A stretch of 64,000 nt of DNA from Octopus vulgaris (taxonomy: Eukaryota): contig OX597814.1 of assembly GCA_951406725.2 (NCBI GenBank), positions 174,158,001 to 174,222,000 on the forward strand, in the 5' to 3' direction. How positions within the stretch are numbered: the first letter of the stretch is position 1; every line of letters begins with the position of its first letter. Under the pieces are notes generated by a model. The model was not told the origin of the DNA and did not search any database. It saw only the letters and a program-made list of their open reading frames with translations. The position numbers were made by a program, and so were the translations under genes. Below are positions 27,894-43,100 of the stretch, in pieces.

Positions 27894-30800
27894 TATGTGT
27901 GTGTATATGTTTGTGTATCTGTGTTTGTCCCCCCAACATCGCTTGACAACCGATGGTGGTGCGTTTACATCCCCGTAACATAGCGGTTCGGCTAAAGAGA
28001 CTGATAGAATAAGTGCTGGGCTTGTGGAGAATAAGTCTTGGGGTCGATTTGCTCGACTACAGGCAGTGTTCCAGCATGGCCACAGTCAAATGACTGAAAC
28101 AAGTAAAAGAATAAAAGCAAATACTGCACAAAAAGTGCAAACAACTCTTCTAATGTAGTAAAGATAATGCAAAACAGGAATGCAGATAACATAGGCTCTA
28201 ATGTACAACAAAAGCAACCCATCAGATGAAAAGAACTTTGAATAAGTGATCCAAAACAGAGGGGATTTTTAAGACCTGGTACACAAGCCTTTAATTACAG
28301 AAGCCCAATTAAATTACACTCAGTCCATTTAAAATTGCTGGTGATAAAAAAAAAAGTGACATCTAGCTGCAAGAACAAAATAACCATAACAAAGAGGAGA
28401 GTTTACTCTGTTGCTTGTGGTTGTCAGTTACTGAAGGGATAAAAGCGGCAAAACAGTATCAGAACAAACCTGTCTAACCTATACCATACCAGCATTAAAA
28501 AATAAGAATGAGCTTCAATATATGCAGGTTTCAGTGACAGATGTGCATTAAAAACATCACCATTTAACATCTTCCTTCTATGCTGGAATGTTTTGAACTA
28601 CTACTCATCATCATCGTATAACATCCGTTTTCAATGGGCTGGATGGTTTGACTGGGGACTGGCAAGCCAGGAGGCTGCACCATGCTTTTTACATGCCACT
28701 GGCACAAGAGCCAGTCAGGCAGCACTGCCAATGGCTATGCTCAGATTGTGCCACCGGTATAGGAATCAGTCACGTTTGGATAGTGCTTTTTACGTGGCAC
28801 GGGGAGCCAGTCAGGTGGCACTGGCATCAACTCCTCTAATGTTGTAGTAAAAATAATGCAAAACAGGCATACAGATAAGATGGGCTCTAAAGTACAACAA
28901 AAGCAACCCATCAGATGAAAAGAACTTATTGCAGCACTGGCATCAGCCACAACTACAATTTCCATCTTGATTTCGATTGGAGATTCTGACTGATTTTCAT
29001 TTTACTTGACACAAAAGGTCTCCTCAAGCACAGCATGTCACCCAACGATTCAAAGTTACTTTTTAGACTGGTTATGTGACCCTGGTATAGGTTACGACTG
29101 ATCTCACTTTACTTCCCAGGTTTTCTCAATAACAGCATATCTCCAGAGGTCTAGGTCTCGTCATTGCCTGTGAAGCCCAACATTCAACGGTCATGCTTCA
29201 TCACCTTATCCCAGGTCTTTCTGGGTCTCCCTCTTCCATGGGCTCCCTCCACTGTTAGGAAGTGACACTTCTTCACACAGCTCTCCTCATCCATACGCAG
29301 CACATGACCATACCAACGCAGTCATCTCTCTTCCACACCACATCTGATGCTTCTTATGAATCAAAAGCAGATGATTATGAGACAAGGCGGTGATCTGGCA
29401 GAAACGTTAGCATGCTGGGCAAAATGCGTAGTCGTATTTCGTCTGCCGTTACATTCTGAGTTCAAATTCCACCGAGGTCGACTTTGCCTTTCATCCTTTT
29501 GGGGTCGATAAATTAGGTACCAGTTACGCACTGAGATCGATGTAATCGACTTAATCCGTTTGTCCCCTCTGTGTTTAGCCCCTTGTGAGCAGTAAAGAAA
29601 TAGATTATGAGACATTTAGTAATATTGTCTAAATTTTTCCTCATGTAAATCAACAGGAACCTGTCTTTATATTACCTGTAAGCCATAATGAGCCGAAACT
29701 GCTTGACACCATTCAAAAAGTAGCTGATGTTTCTCATTTTCTGGTTTAAGAAGTCCTTCCACTGAATTACGTTTGACTGAAATAATGGTGAAGAATATTT
29801 TCATTACTCATTTAAAAGGGAAAAAGACCTGTCTAATATAGTGGCAATCAGATTTACTACAATTATAAATATAGTTTTATTATAATTACTCTAATTACAA
29901 ATATACATTGAATATTTGGCTAATTGCAACACCAGTGATTTTTTAAACATTTATTCCTATATCAGTAGAGGCTAAATTTGTAGCTGCTAATGTACATTTA
30001 ATACAATTAAAGTGCTTTTATTACATTTTACTAAAGTCCTGGTTAATTCATTTGTGATGAAGTCAGCACAGGGTGGATGTTTGTGATATTGGCAGGAGAG
30101 AGTAAATCCAATATAGAGAGAGTGGGTACTTGATAGAGAAGGAGTCACAGAATATTCCAAAAAACATATCCTGGTTCACAGACATTGCTAATAGAATATG
30201 TAAGTAATCTATAAATTTGTACAAAAAGACCCTTTATGGATACAAATACCAAGTCTATAACAGAATATGGGCGTAAAATTTCATTCCATAACTGCATGCT
30301 TACATACAACAAAGATCCAAATTGCAAACAACAGTGAACTTAACATCTCTAGGCTAAGGTTATATTCAAAATAACCCATGTTATTTTGGCCAAAAAGTTG
30401 ACATGTTAAAATTTGTCCAGTACGTTTTGGAAATGTTAAAAATGGTTGTCTCCAAAATACTTCAAAAGAAAATTATAGTTTCAAGAGATCAAATGTTAGG
30501 GAAAACAAAGAGGTCAGGTGGCAAGATCAAGTTAAAGTAAATTCAATAGCTTACAAGGATGAAGGATTCATATTTTCTTATAACTGTATTTCAGACGTAC
30601 TGATAAATAGTTCTAACCAATACAGCCAATATTCTTACCCAAATTTTGAGATAAAACATTCGGAGCCACTTACTTGAATAGTCCTCAACACCAGCCAACT
30701 TCCTAACAGACCTTTTCTTCTCAAGGCACCTCTTCAAAAAGTGGACTTCATCTCTAAGCTCATTGATATCCAGAAGTATATCAACCTGAAAAGAGGGCCA

Positions 30801-33800
30801 AAATAAAAGTAACCCAAAACAGAAAACAATGATTCATGCAACAATATTGAATAAAGTACAGATTTGTTTTAACATCAATGACAAAAAATATATTAAGCTT
30901 AAATTTTCGGAGGAAAGGTTTCAAATCATTTATAAACTTAGACAGCCATAACCCTATAATCCACTAAGGATACATCATTGCATACGAAATTGTTACAAAA
31001 TTTCATCTTAACCTGATCATCCCCAGCCTATATAATTTTAGAATTATTTTTTAAAACCATAAACAAGTAACTATATATACATTAATTCAATTTGCACATA
31101 AAAAAAACAAAAAAAACTGTATCCATTACCACCTTCTGCAAGGAAAGGAGACATACATAAAACTGGATTTGCTGATTCTTTGAGATCAAAATGAAATACT
31201 CAAAGAGGTTCCCAACAGTGGTACTTTTTAAACAAGTTGAGTCATAGATAGATCCCTCAAATGAGATTTAATTATTTCATTTTGAAATTATTTCTAATTC
31301 TAAATACATAACAGAATTACCTGAAAACCAGTCACAATTCTCCAAAGAAGAGTCAATGTTTTTTCTCTGTGTCCATCTACAATATCCTTAGCACATATTG
31401 AACCTGAAATATCAAATATTTTAGGATTAAAGATTTCTCAAGAATTTATGAAGAATTGGAAAAAAGAAAATGAATGAAATGAAATTAAAGTCTCCATTAA
31501 AAGATTTCATGTCAATCTACTCACAGAAAAAATAAAAGCTAAGTTACCTTTAGCAAGGCTTAGGTCCATTCCATTGTTCAATAAAGCTTTCAGCACTTTG
31601 TTAACATTGTGGATCTTCTGCAGACGACTAATTGCAGGGGCACGAAGGGAGTCAGTGAGTTCCCATTTACCTGTGAGTATTTCTATAACTCGACTAAACA
31701 AAGAAAAAATATTCTGACATTACTGTTTTGTACATAATAATAATAATAATGAAATTATTGTATACAGTGCTCAGGTGCACCACAACTTGTCAGAAAGTGC
31801 ATATAAAGTACATGCAGTAATGTAGAAATGTCTGGAAAGTGAACATGCTTGTGTGTGTATGGAGGGGAAAAAATCAAGTGTAGTGTTGGCAAATCTCAGG
31901 AAGCATATGGAAGTCTTGAAGGATGCAGTGCTCCGACAACTAACAACCGATGCCAGCAGTTTGTTCCACGCTTCAGCAACTCTTAGCGTGAAAAAATGTT
32001 TCCTAAAGTTATGGGAGCTGTGCTGTTTTCTGACTTTGTAAACATGTCCACGGGTGTTAGACGGGTGGAGTTTGAAAAGGTGCTCAGAGTTATTGTTTGT
32101 AAGATGGTTAATAATTTTATGGGTGTCTGCCAAGTCAGCTGCCAGACGTCGGAGTTTCAATGTGTCCATGCCCAGGGAAGAAAGGCATTCAGAATATGGC
32201 AAATGCCTGATGGAGAGTATTCTCTTGGTTGCACATCACTGAACGGCTTCCAGACGATTAATATCCTGGGCAAGATAGGGGTTCCAGACCAGTGATGCAA
32301 ATTCTAGGTGAGGGCCAATTATATAACAGCAAGGCATTTTCAAGCTGACCTATGTCTTATTAAATTTGGTAGACAGAAACTGCAAGATGCTTGTCAGGTG
32401 TGTGTGGTGTGGGTGTTCATATTCGACACTTGTAACCACTTGGGTGAAGTGTTGACATTCCTTTTGACATTATGACCAGTCACTGTACACTTGGAGACTT
32501 TTAGAATAAAGTATCCCTTATTTGCGAAGCAGATAAGGGCTGGAAATGAAGATCAACTTATCTGGAAACTCCCATCATAAAAATAACTCCTCATGCAACC
32601 AAAGTTAGCATAGAAAAAATGGATGTTAAATGAACAAGTATATGAAAGGATTCAATTGAAAACTTTCCTTAGAAGGGTAAAAATATAAATAACAGTTAAA
32701 TCCATCATAGCCAGTCCCAAATCTGTTTGAAAAAATGGAAGAGTGAGAAGCATAGGATTAGCAGCCCTGCACAATCAGTTCTATACACTGCTACAGAAAT
32801 GCCAATAAGAGAACATGAAAACTGGTGCTAGTAAGGCAAGACAGCCCTCAGAGACTACATATGAAGCAATGTAATGGAAGCACAAACTGGATTTACCTGT
32901 AATTTGGCATTATACTATGATGATTGAGAAAGAAAAAAGAAGTTCTAGATCTCAATCCAAAATTAGTTAAAATGTTAAAAACTTTAGATGATTTCTCATA
33001 CTGGAAGGAGATATAACATTATCAATACCGGATTGATAGATACTGGTAGAAGTGATGTTAAGCATCAAAGATTTGAACTTAGAAGAATGATAAATCTAAA
33101 CACTTCAAAAGCATTTTGTTTAAATGTTAACATTTCTGCCAGCTCAATATCTCAACAAAAATAGGTGTAGCTGCGTGGCTAAAAGGTTCACTTTACAATG
33201 GAGTTTCAGTTTCAATCCTCCTATACAACACCATGGGCAATATCTTTCTTCAGTCGACCAAAGCTTTGTCAATGAAATTGAGTTATATGGAAACTGTAAA
33301 AACCTGTCAGAGACACCATTCTTATGGTGGTAGGCTTAATTTGATGCTTGATTTAACCCTTTAGCATTCAGATTATTCTATCTAATGTAATATTTATCCA
33401 TATTATTTTAACCTAATCATGCATTATTTCATAGCTTCAAGATTTCAACAACGTTATCACCTATTTTTAGAATGACATTATAGGTTGGTGTGAGATACCA
33501 AATCTAGGCAGTTTTAACATAAAATATTATTTGGGCCGGATGTGGCTAGTTTACCCTAAAGGGTTAATATCTCCACCACTACCACCGCCTGGTCCTAAGG
33601 TGTTTAACAAAATCAACTGTTGCAAGCATTAGAGTCAGGCCTCCAGCTGGAGGATAATGTTCTGTCCCATGCCTGTACCCTTTTTCCTCTGATCAAGTTA
33701 AGAAAAAGAAATAAAGAAAGTCCTTACGTTAGACGAATTCCATCTCGTAGATCAACAGCAAGGTTAGAAACTGCGTAATCAAATTCATGCAAAGGTGTTT

Positions 33801-36800
33801 GGACATAGCTGACAGTGTATCCAAAATAAGACAGATGGCGAGCAACATCACCTTCACCTTTAAGAAATATCCTTGCTATATTATAGAGAAGGTCTTTGCT
33901 TGCCTGTGAAAATAAGTAAAATACATCAGCTACATTAGTAACATAGAGATAAAATGTTTATATTCTAAGCTTGTACAGATATTAAAGTAACATTTTCCCC
34001 TCCATTATACAAATATTTTTCATAACATTTTAACCAAAACAAACTGCAAAGACTAAAGAGAAGAACTGAGCAAACCAGTTATGGGATTAAAATGTGGAAC
34101 TAACCAAATAGTTGGGAGTTCAAACTTTCCAACAAATTTTGTTTTCACTCTTGAACAAACCATAGACGGCCACAGGTTTTAATAATTGTTTAAAAGTTAA
34201 CAGTAAGAGAATTTAGTTCTAAAAATCTTCACAGGGTCTTGTGGAAAAATACATGTGAAAACAGACAGAAAAGAGTATTCACATTTGTGATAATAAGAAA
34301 TTATAATCTGTTTACAAGAGTCACATGATAATTGAACTAGTATTCCAGTTAGTCATTTACAATTATATTAATTGTATACCCCCAAATAAACTGTTTACTA
34401 TAAAGAGAAACAAAACAACATGGATAGCTCATTAATACCATTATAGATCAAAATGCTAGAAAAAAAATTTTGAATGGTGTAAATCCTCATCATATCATTG
34501 TTTAACATTCGCTTTCCATGCTAGCATGGGTTGAACGATTTGACTGAGGACTGGTAAACCAGATGGCTGCACCAGGCTTTAATCTTGATCTGTCAGAGTT
34601 TCTACAGCCGGATGCCCTTCCTAATGCCAACCACTCCGAGAGTGTAGCATAAAAGATATGCTAAAACAATCCTAAACACTGAGACAAAATGTATTAACTG
34701 AAAGGGTTTAAACTTGCCTTGATTTCAGCATCTTTGCAGAAAAGACAGGGATCATGTTCTATGAGTCGCTTCCTTTTAGCGTAATCCAGAAAGAAAACCA
34801 GAATCAAATACTTTTTCAAGGTATGTTTAGAGAGGGCGTCTTGGTAACCTGACAAAGATGCAAAATGTTAAAACAATAGATTTACTTCAAAGAAAATACA
34901 GATGTAACAAAATATTGTTTAAATGCTCAAAAGAGTTGAGTAACAGACAGTTCATCTCATTTATGGCATTAGCTAAATCTAACACTGTAGTGGTTTCCAT
35001 AGCAAGAAACAATTCTTTCTTCAGTCCACCCAACCATTTAACCCTTTCCTTACCAACCCGGCTGAAACCGGCTCTGGCTCTGAGTACAAATGTCTTGTTT
35101 TCACAAGTTTTGAATTGAAATCTTCCACTGAACTTAAGTCACAATTTATGTTCCTAACACTAACTGAATGATAACTAAGTTATTTTACTAAATTCTTTGT
35201 TATATTTAAAGTGATTGAAAAAAACACAGAACATCTCAAAATAAATACAGTAACGAAAGAGTTAAAACAGATGCTATGAAGAAGCACAGCTCACCAGCAC
35301 AAACACTGTAAATGATCAGTTTGGTTAGCTTGCAGTGCTGTGCTCAAATTTATATTCTATTGATATTGATACTCAAATGATATTCTATTCAAGAGAATTT
35401 TAACAGCATAGAAATTAGAATAAACTCTCTCCACTTCCATTGACACGTCTATAGTAGAAACAAACATAAAAAGATTTCCAAAATAAGGCATAGCTGTGTG
35501 GTAAGAAGCTTGTTTCCCAACCACATGGTTCCAGGTTCAGTCCCATTGCATGGCACCTTGGGCAAGTGTCTTCTAGTATAGCTTCAGAGTAACCAAAGCC
35601 TTATGAATGGATTTGGTAGATAGAAACTGAAACTAGTCTATCATGTGCGCATGCGTGTGTGTGTTCATTCTCCACATCCCACTTGACAACCAGTGTTGAT
35701 GAGTTTATATCCCCATAACTTAGAGGTCTGGCTAGAGAGACCAATAGAATAAGTACTAAGCTTAAAAAAAAAAAAAAAAAAAAAAAAAAGTCCTGAGATT
35801 GATTTGTTTAAAAACTCAAGGTGGTGTCCCCAGCATGGCTGCAGTCAAATGATTGAAATAAGTAAAAGATAAATAAATACTCTTTCTTAAAAACTTAAAA
35901 TAGGGTAAACTTTTTCATACAGAAATGCTAAGAAATGGAAAAAATTAAGGCAAAAATCCGAAGTTAATGTAAAGCTACCTTCTCTGTAAAGATGTGGCAC
36001 TGTAGGATGAGCATACCGATTGGCAATGTCAGGGTTTCCAAGTAAGCGAGTAACAATAAACCTTGATATGCCCAAGAAGTCAGTATTGGAATCAATAAGC
36101 AAGATTTCTCCAAACACCATCTGTAATAGATCAAATATCACTAAAACATCAAAAAGATAAAATACACACCAATTAAACTTATGTCAACATGGGTTGAAGA
36201 GATCTTAAGTACAGCACCTTCTGGCCTGCATAACTGGACATTAATGTTTCTATAATTATGATTTAAAAAAACCCATACTTTGATTTTAAAAAAAAAACTA
36301 TAAAATTGGATTTGGTCCTTGGATGTTGCCAGATTTCTTTTTTTAATTTGAAGAGAATGGGATCATCATTGTTTAACATCGGCTTTCCATGCTAGCATGG
36401 GTTGGACGATTTAACTGAGGCCTGGCAAACCAGATGGCTGCACCAGGCTCCAATCGTGATCTGGCAGAGTTTCTACAGCTGGATGCCTTTCCTAATGCCA
36501 TTTTTGTATTTAAACGAAATTTAAAATTTCGTGGCTGTGTGGTAAAAAGTTTGCTTCCTAACCACATGGTTCTGGGTTCAGTCCTGCTTGACACTTTGGG
36601 CAAGTGTCTTCTACTACAGCCTCACACTGATCAAAATCTCCTGAGTGGAGTTGATAGACAGAAACTGAAAAAAAAAAAAAAACCCAGTCTCTTGTGTGTC
36701 CATCCCACACCACCACATAGCCACTATTGGTTTGTTTACATCCCCGTAACTTAGTGGTTCAGCAAAACAGACTGAAAGAATAAGTACCAGGTTTAAAAAA

Positions 36801-38190
36801 AAGTACTGGGGTCAGTTCATTCGACTGAACGCTCTTGAAAGCAGTGCCCTGCCACAGTCACAGTCTAATGACAAACAAGTAAAAAAAATAATTCTTACAT
36901 TTTCTTTAAGTGGTAATAATTCTTAAAAATTAGGATGGTGGGGAGGGAAAGGAAATCAGAAGTACCAACCTCTAAACCAATTCGCAACCACAAGGAATTG
37001 TATGAGAGAATCCAGTTCAAGATCATCTGCTTCAAACCGATATCAGCGTGCACAGGACGATCTTTCCTCATGACCAATCTCTGACTGTCGATTTCCACTT
37101 CAAGTCGCCGGACAACTTTTACTATGTCCTCAGTCTGAAACATTTTACAGGCAAGCTTCCTCAGTCTGTTAAGTCTCTTGCGTGCAGCATAAGCTTCAAA
37201 GCTCAACACCTCTTTGGATGGAGCAAGTCTTGCTTCTTGTTTGGTACTGAACAGTAGTGATTTAGCATCAACTAGAAAACATGAATCAAAAACAATGTTT
37301 AGAGAGTAAAATATAACAAAATATGTCGATTGGAACTGTACTGGAAAAAAAAAATTTTCTTTCTTGTATTGAAATATTATTGGTCAGAAGTTCAGAGCTT
37401 GCTATAACAAACAGCTATGTCTTCAAACTAGGAGCATCACTGCCAACTTTATTTTATCTGTATAGAAAATAAGGCAGCAGAGTTTGATTTCTACATCATG
37501 ATTACATATTTGTAACATCCATCTGTAGATGGACTTGTAGTAATAAGCAAGTGTCCAAACTAAAACCTTATCTAATGCATAATTGTTTTACATCCACTTT
37601 CCATGCTGGAATGGGCTGGACAAGATATCACAATCCAAGTCAGTTCTTATTTAGACTTACTGCCCTTCTAGATCAGGCAAGGGACCACATTTCAATCATA
37701 CTTATCTCTGACAATTTTCTGCTATCGGATGCCCTTCCTAACACCAACCAGTTTATAGAGTTTACTAGAAACAATTTATAGTGAGATTGCCTTGTACTTC
37801 AGAAGGCAAAAGGATCCTCACTGCAACATGGCCAATAGGGACTGAGATGACAGTATGGAAGAGGAGAGAAAATGAGAGAGAAATACTGGAAAGATTAATG
37901 AAGAATGACTAATTGCAAGTACATGTTTACCGGTAAAAGAGAACTGCTAAACAGTAAGAGAGCATAGCGGGCGCGACCAGAGAGCAAGGCGGGCGCAGCC
38001 AGAGAGCATGGCATTTTTTTTTAAATAGGCGCAGGAGTGGCTGTGTGGTAAGTAGCTTGCTAACCAACCACATGGTTCCGGGTTCAATCCCACTGCGTGG
38101 CACCTTGGGCAAGCGTCTTCTACTATAGCCTCGGGCCGACCAAAGCCTTGTGAGTGGATTTGGTAGATGGAAACTGAAAGAAGCCCGTCG

Positions 38191-38256
<66 letters not shown>

Positions 38257-40072
38257 CGTGTATGTTTGTGTGTCTGTGTTTGTCCCCCTAGCATTGCTTG
38301 ACAACCGATGCTGGTGTGTTCATGTCCCCGTCACTTAGCGGTTCGGCAAAAGAGACCGATAGAATAAGTACTGGGTTTACAAAGAATAAGTCCTGGGGTC
38401 GAGTTGCTTGACTAAAGGTGGTGCTCCAGCATGGCCGCAGTCAACTGACTGAAACACGTAAAAGAGTAAAAGGTTGACATGTTAGAGTTAATTCTTCAAT
38501 AGTTCCTTTATATCCTATAACTGAAAATTGCTTCACTTGAACATAGAGCATCAAGTTATCTTCCAAGCTACTCATCTGGTTGACCTGCAGAAAGTGGACA
38601 AATCTCCTTCAAATTATGCACCACTGTCTTACAAATGAAGAACACATTAAATGTAGTTTGAACAAAACTGCCTGCGTCAGTTGTTGACTGCCATGACACT
38701 GCATCTTTTAAGGCCCTCATGCTTTCCGAAATCCGCCGAAACTACACCTGATTATATATACACTTTAGATGAGTTGTAGTGCACCTGAGCACTGTACACA
38801 ATTATTATTATTATTATTATTAAAAGATAGGATGATCATAGTTAAATGCCTTTGATCATAGGTTTGCTCAGTATCAACCTTAAGCTATTCAACAAATTCT
38901 GAACAATAAAAGTATTTTAAAAATAAATTAAGAGATCTCACTAAAATCCTGAACACAGATCCACAAAAATAAGACCATATTGAATTACCTTTGACACATT
39001 TTCTGATTTTGTATTCCTCAACGGGAGTTAAGATATAGTTGAACCAATGAGTAAAACTCCATTCTTGTTTCTGCATCCATCTTTCATCATAATAGATATT
39101 CTTACTAGCAAATGGCATAGGATGTTTTGGAATAACTGATAAAGAAAAAAGGAAAATGGAAGAAATCAGTTAAATACAAATTCTTTTTTAACAGGAACAG
39201 AGTTAATTTTTTTTAGCTAGAGAAAGGTGTATGTGAAAATTAATAATGGAAATTGTAGTCAAGATACCTGTGCCGGTGACACGTAAAATGCACCGTCCGA
39301 ATGTGGCAGATGCCAGCACCGCCCAACAGGCATCCGTGTCAGTGACACGTAAAAGCACCAACCGATCGTGGCCGTTTGCCAGCCTCCTCTGGCCCCTGTG
39401 CTGGTGGCATGTAAAATGCACCCACTGCACTCACAGAGTGGTTGGCGTTACAAAGGGTATCCAGCTGTAGAAACACTGCCAGATCAGACTGGAGCCTGGT
39501 GCAGCCTCCTGGCTTCCTAGACCCCGGTCGAACCATCCAACCCATGCCAGCATGGAAAACAGATGTTAAATGATGATGATGATGATGACTTGTAGTAATA
39601 AGCAAGTGTCCAAACTAAAACCTTATCTAATGCATAGTTGTTTTACATCCACTTTCCATGCTGGTATGGGCTGGACAAGATATCACAATCCAAGTCAGTT
39701 CTTATTTAGACACTCCTAGATCAGAGTATGTGAAAATTAATCACAGCTTTTATTTTAATTCATCTGCTTATAAATTATAGAACCTTGTGGTATTAAAATA
39801 GATATACTCATGTATCCTACCCAGCACTGTCACAGAAAGCACTACAGTTTTAAAAAGTGCAATTTCAAATGAGAAAGTAACAGTTAGTTCATGATACATA
39901 TGATACATAAAGGCGCAGGAGTGGCTGTGTGGTAAGTAGCTTGCTAACCAACCACATGGTTCCGGGTTCAGTCCCACTGCGTGGCATCTTGGGCAAGTGT
40001 CTTCTGCTATAGCCTCAGGCCGACCAAAGCCTTATGAGTGGATTTGGTAGACGGAAACTGAAAGAAGCCTGT

Positions 40073-40117
<45 letters not shown>

Positions 40118-43100
40118 GTATGTGTGTGTATATGTTTGTGTGTCTGTGTTTGTCCCTCTAGCATTGCTTGACAACCGATGCTGGTGTGTTTACGTCCCCG
40201 TCACTTAGCGGTTCGGCAAAAGAGACCGATAGAATAAGTACTGGGCTTACAAAGAATAAGTCCTGGGGTCGATTTGATCGACTAAAGGCGGTGCTCCAGC
40301 ATGGCTGCAGTCAAATGACTGAAACAAGTAAAAAAAAAAAAAAAATATGTACATACGTACGTACGTATGCATGCATGCCTGTATGTATGTTGTATGTATT
40401 TAGATAAGTGTGTAGACGTGTCTGTACATGTGAACACACCTAAATACTCATGTACATACATAAGTGCATATGCAGATACGTGCATATGTATGTACATGCA
40501 TGCGTACATACTACATAGAAAGACACTGAGTTTTAATACCACCAGCTGTAATTTCAATTGGCTTAGCTGTATGGCAATTTTAAGTTAAAATTCCATTGTC
40601 AAAACATTTTTTAATAGGTTTCTGCAAAAATTGTTACAAGTCAATGAAACTTACCAGTTTTTTCTCTCTTGCCTAAAATCAGTCTGCTCTGGGCCACAGC
40701 TGGCTTCTTGGGAGACAAAACCGATCTTCTCTTCATTTCTGTAATGAAATGGGTGCAATTATTTACAGCCATATTATAATAGGTGTTAGATGCGTGGGGT
40801 GAGTGGGCTGGAAGTGTGGGGATACCATATTGCAGATCCAGCCTCATTGTGCAAAATAAAAAATTCAAATGACTAGGGTGGAGCTTCATAGCAAATTAAA
40901 AACAATGAAGTAAAAGAAAAAATATAATTCTTCTATTTGTTTCAGTAATAGGACTATGGCCATGCTCTTGATTTGTTCAACTAAAACAGTTTAGAGGGTT
41001 TAGTCAAGTGGTTCACAACCATTTTTTGCCAATGAACCCCTTTAATTCCCATTTTGCTCTACTGGACCCTAATAAGCATTGGAGGTTTAAAGAAAGTCCT
41101 CTTATATTTTGATATTAGAATTATAAAAAAAAAAAAGTTAAATAATTTGTGTACTGTAGAAGTTATATGCACAAATTTTAATTTTATATGGACCCCTTAA
41201 GGGCTATGTAGACCCTGGTTGAAAAGACTGGTTTAGTCCAACAAATCAAACCCAGGACTTATTTTTAAGTCTAGTAATTATTCCATCTGTTTCTTTTGCC
41301 AAAGTGCTAAGTCAAAGGGATGTGAACAAACCAACACTGCTTGTCAAGAAGTGTGGTGAGCTAACACAGACATGTATATACAAAGAGAATCCATACAGTG
41401 TCCATTAACCAAATTCACTCAAAAGGTATAGGTCAACCCAGGACTAAAGTAGAAGACATTTGCCCAAGGTGCAACACATGGAACTGAACCAAAACCCATG
41501 TGGTTACAAGTTTCTTAACCACACAGCCATGAGTGCACCTAAACAGAAATCCCATACAAATACAAATTACAAGTTTGTCAAATTAACCAAAATTTAAGCT
41601 TAGAAACCCCAAAAATATGAATCTTAGTACTCCAAAAACGGTTTTGAATATTTCACATGAACAAGCTAATTTTCTGCCAGAGAGACAATTACAAAATAAA
41701 TTAAGAAAATGCCATTTAAATCAAACCCCACCACCTCAAGAAAAAAAGATTTCATCTTCAGACAAAAATATTTCAACTCTGATATACTGATACTGGTGCC
41801 ACATAAAAAGCCCCCAGTACACTCTAGAGTCTATGTCTTCCCAATAGCGACATATGATGCGAGACCTGGACACTAAAGAAAGCTGACCAGAAGAGAATTA
41901 ATGCATTCGAGCTTTGGTGTTGGAGAAGACTTTTCCGGATTCCATGGACAGCGAGGCTCACCAATGGAGAAGTTCTTAAGCAGATCAGGCCGAAAATGTC
42001 ACTAGAAGCTAGGATCACCAAGCATAGATTGGCATATTTCGGTCATATTATGCGGAGAAAATCCCTGGAGAAGGACATCATGCTCGGAATGGTCAGTGGC
42101 AAGAGAGGAAGAGGCCGACCAAGAACCCGCTGGCTTGACACCATCAAGAGTGATACCGGAATGGACATAACCAATCTGAAAGAAGCGGCCCAGGATAGAA
42201 CTGACTGGAGGACACTGATCCAACGAGTAACCAAGAGTCGACTTTGACTGAGGGGATAGATAGATACACTCTAGAGTGGTTGGCATTAGGAAGGCCATCC
42301 AGCCATAGAGACCATGTCTGAACTGACAATGATACCTAGTGTGGACCCCTGGCCTTACCACCTCCTATCAAACCATCCAACCCATACATGTAAAATAGAT
42401 GTATGATATAAAATAGATGTATATAAACTTTTACAAAATGCTAATATAATATGCAGCACACTAGAAAGAAGCTTACAAAACTAAGGTGGTGTAAGAAGGC
42501 AGCAAAATGGTACATTGTTAAAGCATCAGAATGCTTTGCAAAATTTGTTCTGATTATATTCAGAGTTCAAATCCAAGTCAACTTTGCCTGTCATCCTTTT
42601 GGTCGTTCATCATCATCATCGTTTAACGTCTGCTTTCCATGCTAGCATAGGTTGGACGATTTTGACTGAAGGCTGGCGAACCAGATGACTGCACCAGGCT
42701 CCAATCTTGATCTGGCAGAGTTTCTACAGCTGGATGCCCTTCCTAATGCCAACCACTCTGAGAGTGTAGTGGGTGCTTTTTACGTGCCACCAGCATGGGG
42801 ACCAGTCAGGCAGTACTGGCAACGATGTCGCTCGAATCTTTTTACACATGCCATCGGCACAGGTGCCAGTAAGGTGCTCTTAGCACCCTACTAGCACGGG
42901 CACAAGTGCCAGTAAGGCAACATTGGTAACGATCACACTAGAACGGTGCCTTTTATGTGCCACTGGCATGGAAGCTGGTTAGCCGCTCTGTCAATGATCA
43001 CACTCATATGGTGCTCTTTGCACCCTGCTAGCATGTATGCCAGTCATCGAATTTGATTTTGATCTGGAATGAAGCATGGACTCTCATAAATTATCTTAGA

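Noticed and set aside
38028-38100. tRNA gene (A and B boxes)
   Set aside because: It is the tRNA-derived head of SINE family A and continues into the CORE-like body in every copy.
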